Assembly (NCBI GenBank): GCA_965221905.1
Contig: OZ244922.1
Coordinates: forward strand, 3,008,001 to 3,072,000
DNA: 64,000 nt
Direction of reading: 5' to 3'
Source of the DNA: Chloroflexota bacterium
GTDB lineage: Bacteria > Chloroflexota > UBA11872 > VXOZ01
Shown here: positions 58,284-64,000 of the stretch, piece after piece
Layout of the letters: every line of letters starts with the position of its first letter
Position numbering within the stretch: position 1 is the stretch's first letter
Program-made: the position numbers and the translations under genes
The notes under the pieces: generated by a model
The model's database searches: none
Seen by the model: the letters and a program-made list of their open reading frames with translations, nothing else
What the model was told of the DNA's origin: nothing

Positions 58284-59426
58284 TCACACCGCAGTTGCAA
58301 GAGATTCCTGCACCGGGCTGAGAGCATGTTCAATGCGCCCGCCGCCAATCACCTCGTCGTCCTGATAGAACACCGCAGCTTGACCGGGCGCAACCGCGCG
58401 TATTGGCTGCGCGAACGCAACCTTCGCTTCCCCGTTCTCCGTCGGCTCCACGGTTGCTTCCACTTCCGCCATGCGGTAGCGGGTGCGCACGCTCACGCGC
58501 ATGGGCTCTCGCGGAGGAGTATCCGCCACCCAGTGCACGTCAACGGCCTGCAAGGCATGCGCATAGAGGTCTGCCTCTTCACCGACGAATACGGTGTTTG
58601 CTTCCGGGTCCAATGCAATAACGTAAAGTGGACGCGGCCACGTCAAGCCCAGCCCTCGGCGCTGCCCAACCGTGTAGTTTACGATACCGCCATGCTCACC
58701 CAGCACCTGTCCGTCCTTGTAGCAAATGGGGCCGGAGCGCGCGATACCGGGCTGCCAAGACTCCAAAAACTCGCGATAATTGTCACTGGTCACAAAGCAA
58801 ATCTCGAAACTATCCGGCTTATCCGCCACGTGGAGGCCGTATCGCCTTGCCAAATCTCGTGTCTCAGACTTCGATTGGCCCCCCATTGGAAACAGAGTCT
58901 GCGCCAGTTGGTGCTGACCCAGCATATAGAGCACGTAGGACTGGTCTTTCTGGGGATCGAGCGCGCGAAACAGGCGATAGCTCCCCGATTCCGCATCCTG
59001 CTGGATGCGCGCGTAGTGGCCGGTAGCGAGGTAGTCGGCGTCAAGCTCCTGCGCCCGCTTGAGAAAGGCCGCGAACTTCACGAATTGGTTGCAATCGACG
59101 CACGGGTTCGGTGTGCGACCTGCGGCGTACGAGGCGACAAATCGCGCCATCACCTCCCGCGCAAATATCTCGCGAAAGTTCAGCGAGTAGTGGGGAATGC
59201 CGATGCGGTCCGCTACCCTCTGGGCGTCGTGAGTCGCGCTCATCGAGCAGCATGCATGCAGGCGGGTATCTACCATGCCTTTCTGCCAGACATTGAGGGT
59301 AATGCCGATCACCTCATGTCCCTGGTCGGCAAGCATGGCAGCCACCACAGAGGAATCAACGCCGCCGGACATCGCGACCACGATGCGCAGCGGTTTCGTC
59401 GTTCGTGAAAATGCATTAGCTAACAT
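58284..59426 (-). CDS. mnmA: tRNA 2-thiouridine(34) synthase
   Basis: AMSGGVDSS, TPNPCVDCN, ATGHY, KDQSY, ICF, YTVGQRRGLG and PGQAAV. Confidence 0.96.
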   Translation of the reverse strand: MLANAFSRTTKPLRIVVAMSGGVDSSVVAAMLADQGHEVIGITLNVWQKGMVDTRLHACCSMSATHDAQRVADRIGIPHYSLNFREIFAREVMARFVASYAAGRTPNPCVDCNQFVKFAAFLKRAQELDADYLATGHYARIQQDAESGSYRLFRALDPQKDQSYVLYMLGQHQLAQTLFPMGGQSKSETRDLARRYGLHVADKPDSFEICFVTSDNYREFLESWQPGIARSGPICYKDGQVLGEHGGIVNYTVGQRRGLGLTWPRPLYVIALDPEANTVFVGEEADLYAHALQAVDVHWVADTPPREPMRVSVRTRYRMAEVEATVEPTENGEAKVAFAQPIRAVAPGQAAVFYQDDEVIGGGRIEHALSPVQESLATAV

Positions 59427-59518
59427 AGCATATTAAGTGTAGCACACCTCCCTTGCCACTCCCTTTTGGAGACCCTTGCAAAACCGGGGCCGGAGGTTCA
59501 TAATCCCCCTCCACTGAG

Positions 59519-59712
59519 GAGACCATCGTATAAATTAAGTCGTAGGTAGAAGACTCCCTCAACCACTGCATATCTATCTGAAACCCCTTCCCCCTTGATG
59601 GGGGAAGGCCGGGATGGGGGTGAAAGGTTGTTTGACGGCGCACAACCGCGAACTACCCACACACCTCTGGATTCCGGCTTTCGCCGGAATGACTGGTTAA
59701 TGCAAAGTTCCC
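59519..59712 (-). mobile_element. MITE-like element (family B, copy 2)
   Basis: Its reverse complement is colinear with 11418-11562 (end, GTCATTCCGGC REP, gtgtgggtag, CCCCCATCCC REP, end). An extra solo end gagacccttgcaaaac lies at 59469. Confidence 0.62.
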
Positions 59713-59921
59713 TTAGAGAAAAAGGGTTAGAGCTTGCCCCGTATCGAGTACGGGGATGAGTAGGAATCCTCGCCATTGTGCCCCGACCCCGCTCGCTTGC
59801 TCGACGTAGGCAATAGTCTTCCTTGCCGCAGACCCGCGTTCATTGGTCGCATGTGGCGCATACGCTATACTGATAGCAGCGGGAGCCAAGCACAAATATA
59901 CACACGTCCAGCACGCAGCGC

Positions 59922-60359
59922 ATGACACTCGACGTCCCAATTCGCGTTCGCTATGCCGAGACCGACGCCATGGGCGTGGCGTATCACGGGCATTACTTTA
60001 CGTGGTTCGAAGTAGCCAGAGTAGAACTTATGCGCGCGTTGGGGTTGCGGTATCGAGACCTGGAAGCGGAGGGCATCTACCTGCCGGTAGTGGATTGTCG
60101 GGCGCGCTTCCTCGCTGCCGCCCGCTACGATGCTCCCCTACAGGTGAGCACGGCCCTGATGGCGGCAACACGTGCCAAGATTGTGTTCGGCTATCAAGTG
60201 CGTGAACCTGAGGCTTCACCCGCGCTCCTCGCATGCGGCCAAACAACCCATGCGTTCACCACGCGCGTGGGCCGCGCCACGCGCCTGCCCCAAACCCATC
60301 CGCTTTGGCAGGGCATGCGCCAAGTCGCCTACATGCCTGAATTCGTATCCTTTGACTGA
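59922..60359 (+). CDS. Acyl-CoA thioesterase (4HBT/YbgC family)
   Basis: RVRYAETDAMGVAYHGHY.TWFEVAR. Confidence 0.93.
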   Translation: MTLDVPIRVRYAETDAMGVAYHGHYFTWFEVARVELMRALGLRYRDLEAEGIYLPVVDCRARFLAAARYDAPLQVSTALMAATRAKIVFGYQVREPEASPALLACGQTTHAFTTRVGRATRLPQTHPLWQGMRQVAYMPEFVSFD

Positions 60360-60378
60360 CCGGGAGGAACCGCCACCA

Positions 60379-60543
60379 ATGACCCCCCGCCCCCAGCGGC
60401 AGACGCCTTCCACCTTACGGCTTGCTCTCTACGCGCTCGTGCTCGTCATGCTTGTCGTAGCGTTCCTCTACGCGTACGAACTCCTTGGCGGGCCGGTCGA
60501 CGCCTTGCTGGACGCTATCGGCGACATCATCGGCCAGTTCTAA
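60379..60543 (+). CDS. Small single-TM membrane protein (54 aa)
   Basis: GGGAGGA RBS and one hydrophobic helix. Confidence 0.55.
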   Translation: MTPRPQRQTPSTLRLALYALVLVMLVVAFLYAYELLGGPVDALLDAIGDIIGQF

Positions 60544-60734
60544 CATCACAAGTTGCCATCATCGCCGCAAGCGCAAGCTCTGAGGCGGCGGCTGGGCGAT
60601 GTCCTACAGGGATTGCAGAGACCTACGCTCGCCCAACGATTGAAAGAAGCCATAGCCCGCCCGTCTCAGCACTTACTGGGCAAGATGTACTCACTACGAC
60701 TCGAAAGAATGAAGGCAATACAAGGCGAGGAGGG

Positions 60735-62144
60735 CTAACTCTCCGGCACGGGCGTGGGCGGCGGCTTGGGGGTGAGGTATTCTTCGATGGCCGCCTGGGC
60801 GTTTTGCGCCGCCTCTTCTACCGACACTTGGCCGCGGGCCAAGGGCAGCGTGAGCCGACTAAAGAGCAGCCAGCTCAGTTGGGTTGCCGTGGCCAAATGC
60901 GATGGTACGCTGTGCAACAGGAGATCGAGCAACACGTCGCGCGCCACGGGGTCCAGAAGCAGCGACATGTGCGCGCCGTCCGGCTTAGCAATGTAACCCT
61001 GCGCTTCGTAAACGGCCGGTACCAGTCGCGTGCGACCGACATGATGGGCTAAGTGGAGCATTGTAGTATAGCCCACATCGCCATTCTGACTGCCCGCGGG
61101 CATGACAAGCGCCTCTTGCAGGCCCAGAGGCGTGCCGCTCCGATCTTCAGTCGGTATCACCGCCGGCATGCGGTCCGCCCGCAAGCGGCCAAAGAACGGG
61201 TTGAAAACCATCGCCGCCTGCAAGCGCTGACCGTTAACGGTGCCGCGCAAAGTATTCGAATCGACTTCCGGCCCGTGGGGCATGGCTTGATGCGTGCGGC
61301 CAATCTCCTGCCAGAACGTCAGTCCCCGCAACGCCGGCCGCTCGGTAATCTTGATAGTCCCGGTATCCAGGTCTACAGCGTCGCCGCCTTCTTGCAGGAC
61401 GAAGGGCAGCCAACCGGGTATGCGCCATTCGGAGTACCCCCAAAAGTCGATCGCAGTATCGCCGTCAACGTCACGCGTCAGCGATTTAGCAGTGAAGACG
61501 AAGTCCTCGTGGTTCCAGGTGTTCGTGGGAGCCGCTACTTTGAACTCATTGAACTTGGTGCTGTTGTACATCACCATGGCGGGCAGCACGGCTACCGGCA
61601 CGCCCATGAGCTGGCGCCGATAGCGCATGAGCTGAACCGCGCTGGGCGCAAAGGATTCAAGGACGTCACTCTCATCGGTCTGGGCATAGCGATCCAGCGG
61701 CGAGACGATTTGGTGGGTAAACGTGCGCGGGAAGTCTAGAGCGGAATGCATCCACGCGATGTCGAGCGGCACACCGCTTGCGTCACGCACCACTACGAAC
61801 TCGGTAAAGCTGTCCCGCCACGACTTATTGCTCTGGCGGGCGATTTCTACGGCCTCTAGCTGGGAGCGAGGGCTCGGACCGGGAATCTGCTCTTGATTCC
61901 AGGCGGCGATGGCATTGGTGGCCTCATTCGATATGCCTGCCAGACGTCCCATGAAGACAAACGTCAGGGTCACCAATTCGGCAGACTGCCTGCCACTGGA
62001 TGATTTGGGAGCGTCGCGAAACGGCGCTTTGCCTTCCAGTTCAGGCCGCCCAGGCGCGCGCTCCGGGCCTCCGCCGCACGCTGCCAGCGCAACCGTACTG
62101 CCGCATAGGGCGGCAAGAGCCACAACACACTCTCGTCTAGTCAT
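60735..62144 (-). CDS. Divergent extracellular solute-binding lipoprotein (Tat-like signal)
   Basis: TRR.C, LAAC, YN...F...V..P...W...DF..AKSLTRD.DGD. Confidence 0.75.
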   Translation of the reverse strand: MTRRECVVALAALCGSTVALAACGGGPERAPGRPELEGKAPFRDAPKSSSGRQSAELVTLTFVFMGRLAGISNEATNAIAAWNQEQIPGPSPRSQLEAVEIARQSNKSWRDSFTEFVVVRDASGVPLDIAWMHSALDFPRTFTHQIVSPLDRYAQTDESDVLESFAPSAVQLMRYRRQLMGVPVAVLPAMVMYNSTKFNEFKVAAPTNTWNHEDFVFTAKSLTRDVDGDTAIDFWGYSEWRIPGWLPFVLQEGGDAVDLDTGTIKITERPALRGLTFWQEIGRTHQAMPHGPEVDSNTLRGTVNGQRLQAAMVFNPFFGRLRADRMPAVIPTEDRSGTPLGLQEALVMPAGSQNGDVGYTTMLHLAHHVGRTRLVPAVYEAQGYIAKPDGAHMSLLLDPVARDVLLDLLLHSVPSHLATATQLSWLLFSRLTLPLARGQVSVEEAAQNAQAAIEEYLTPKPPPTPVPES

Positions 62145-62189
62145 TTGGCATTCTCTTGTACGAAGTGCCTCCTGCCCGCTCTTCCAGTA

Positions 62190-63521
62190 CTAGCTCGGCG
62201 GTGAACCAAGCCAGTCACGCACTGCGGCTGCTCCTCTTTCAAGGGCGGCAGCGGCTGTGAGATTGCCGCGGAGCGCAGGCAAGGCCATCTGCTCTGTTAA
62301 AGATATCCCTAATCCACTATACAACGAGAGCGTGGTGCCGACACTATACGAGAGGCTACGCAAAACGACATCAGCGCGATCCAGCCCCAGGGCCAGATCG
62401 GCGTGCATCCGATTGGGACGCCGAACAAACTCGATTGCGTTGTTTCGCGGCGGTACGAGCAATTGAGAACCCAACTGCGCGGCCAGTGGCTTGGCAGCGG
62501 TATAGGCCGCGTCAAGGTCCGCGCTGTTTGCGGAAACACCGACCATATCGGTTACCAACATGGGCACGGCTTGCGCCGGCCCGCTTGGTGTTCCAACGAA
62601 GGCGTACGGCAGCGACGACGGATCCGTATTGTGCCAATTGATGAGTTCTAAGCGCAGCGGCGCGTTCGCTGTACCGGTGCGCCGCCGCAGGATGGAATCC
62701 ACGGTCACTTGCGGCCCACTCTCAAGCGCCCCGTATTGGCGGGCCAAATCCAACCAAAACTGAAACCCGCGCCGCGCCTCAGACTCATCGAGCGTAGTTC
62801 TCCCGGCGCCGAGGTCTGCCACACGCCCGCCTGCGCCGATAGTGAACAGCAGCCAGGCGGGAACCGTCCTCGTGCCAAACCCCCACACAGTAGCGCCATT
62901 CGCGGTGTGCGTGAGCGCCGCAGCTTTTGCGGCAAATTCATCCCATGTCCAACTTGACACCGGCGGCGGCACCTCGCGCGCAGAGAGCATGTCAGTATCG
63001 TAACGCACGGAAAGCACACCCAATGCGGCGGGGAGCGCCATCTGCTGTCCCCAATAACGCAGGGCGTGCAGAGATTCGGGATGGTAGCCTTTGAGCGTGT
63101 TGTCGGAATCGTTGTCGAGGAAGGGATTAAGGGGACGCAGCAAGTCGCCGCGCAATATCTCCGGCAGGTCGTCCTGCAGACTATACCAGACAATGTCCGG
63201 CGCCTCGCCCGCCGCAATGCGCTGACGCACGGCAGCCACAAACGAACGCTCCGGCCTAGGCACGATTGGGATTTCCGTGATGGTGGGCATCCCGCCGCGT
63301 CCGCCGGGCGCCATCCCATAGCGAACGAAGGGCAACACCTTCTCCAGCACAGCGCTCACCCGCTCGCCCGCTCGCACCGCAACGGTTACGTTGACGTCCC
63401 TTGGTTCCGGAGTCGGCGCATCGGAAGCGCCGCGCTTGCCGCAAGCAAGCAACAAGGCGCTGCCCACCACTGCACTTCCCGCCCGTAACAGGTCACGTCG
63501 CGTCATATTCGCAACCGCCAC
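62190..63521 (-). CDS. Divergent extracellular solute-binding lipoprotein (Tat)
   Basis: TRRDLL, LLAC, AGEAPDIV and WTWDEF...A.ALT. Confidence 0.8.
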   Translation of the reverse strand: MAVANMTRRDLLRAGSAVVGSALLLACGKRGASDAPTPEPRDVNVTVAVRAGERVSAVLEKVLPFVRYGMAPGGRGGMPTITEIPIVPRPERSFVAAVRQRIAAGEAPDIVWYSLQDDLPEILRGDLLRPLNPFLDNDSDNTLKGYHPESLHALRYWGQQMALPAALGVLSVRYDTDMLSAREVPPPVSSWTWDEFAAKAAALTHTANGATVWGFGTRTVPAWLLFTIGAGGRVADLGAGRTTLDESEARRGFQFWLDLARQYGALESGPQVTVDSILRRRTGTANAPLRLELINWHNTDPSSLPYAFVGTPSGPAQAVPMLVTDMVGVSANSADLDAAYTAAKPLAAQLGSQLLVPPRNNAIEFVRRPNRMHADLALGLDRADVVLRSLSYSVGTTLSLYSGLGISLTEQMALPALRGNLTAAAALERGAAAVRDWLGSPPS

Positions 63522-63595
63522 AAAGAGATGTCCTTAGGCTACATATTCCCACTGCGCTTCAAATGTGTCAATAGCCTGACTTGATTCCCTCCGCC

Positions 63596-64000
63596 TTATC
63601 CTCGCAGAGCATACTTTGCGAGCGTCCAGAGCGCGCGCGGACCATCGGTCCACATGTTCAACTTGCGTTGATTCTGACTGCGCGGCGCATACGAAATAGG
63701 CACTTCGACAATGCTGTAGCCCAGCCTCAGCACCTTTGCCGTAATCTCAGGCTCCAATTCGAACCCTGATGACTCTATCGTGATCTGATCGACGACCTCC
63801 TTGGCCATCATCTTGTAGCAGGTTTCCATGTCGTGTATAGGCGCCCGAAACAGAATCCGAGTCACCAGAGTAAGAAAGAGGTTGCCGAGACGCCGAAAGA
63901 ACTCCTGGTGCTCCAGAGAGCGCACGCCGTAGACGACCTTGGTCTCACCCCGCGCAATCGGCTCCAGCAGCACCGCGAAGTCTGCCGGGTCGTATTCCAG
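63596..64000 (-). CDS. 3' part of a glycosyltransferase family 2 protein (DPM-synthase-like)
   Basis: LEYDP, VVYG.R, DMETCYK, FELEPEITAK and EVPISY.PR. Truncated by the window edge. Confidence 0.88.
   Translation of the reverse strand: MEYDPADFAVLLEPIARGETKVVYGVRSLEHQEFFRRLGNLFLTLVTRILFRAPIHDMETCYKMMAKEVVDQITIESSGFELEPEITAKVLRLGYSIVEVPISYAPRSQNQRKLNMWTDGPRALWTLAKYALRG

Noticed and set aside
30139-59408. Long antisense ORFs (30139-31356, 45634-46782, 55217-56554, 58158-59408 and others)
   Set aside because: They shadow well-supported genes on the opposite strand, as expected in GC-rich DNA, and carry no recognisable motifs.

Overview
Bacterial chromosomal window of fairly high GC, most likely Chloroflexota. 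That placement is inferred from a large Alu-domain SRP RNA next to dnaX, many Tat-lipoprotein sugar-binding proteins and Gfo/Idh/MocA oxidoreductases, a glycoside-hydrolase/O-antigen-ligase fusion and no outer-membrane genes. Housekeeping genes (dnaE, dnaX, ffs, dinB, tRNA-Arg, rpsU, aroF, aroA, mnmA, gmd) are mixed with catabolic enzymes and dispersed cell-surface glycosylation genes. Main highlights: (1) a lower-GC five-gene cassette at 12.56-16.15 kb, upstream of ffs, encoding an unknown helical protein, a ThsB/DUF1863-type TIR, an Nmad2-like protein, a MazG/MazG-C protein and a divergent uracil-DNA-glycosylase-fold protein; this is a candidate uncharacterised nucleotide-centred anti-phage system. 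(2) Nested non-autonomous elements: MITEs with TGT...ACA or GAGACC...GGTCTC ends that insert at equivalent positions inside REP-like hairpins and carry REPs as cargo. (3) An unannotated YYYLF leader peptide with promoter and terminator upstream of DAHP synthase. (4) A 134-nt rod-like candidate ncRNA just upstream of tRNA-Arg. (5) Two tandem ~1050-aa membrane proteins with a mosaic of identical and divergent blocks. All family assignments come from motif recognition by eye; no database searches were run.
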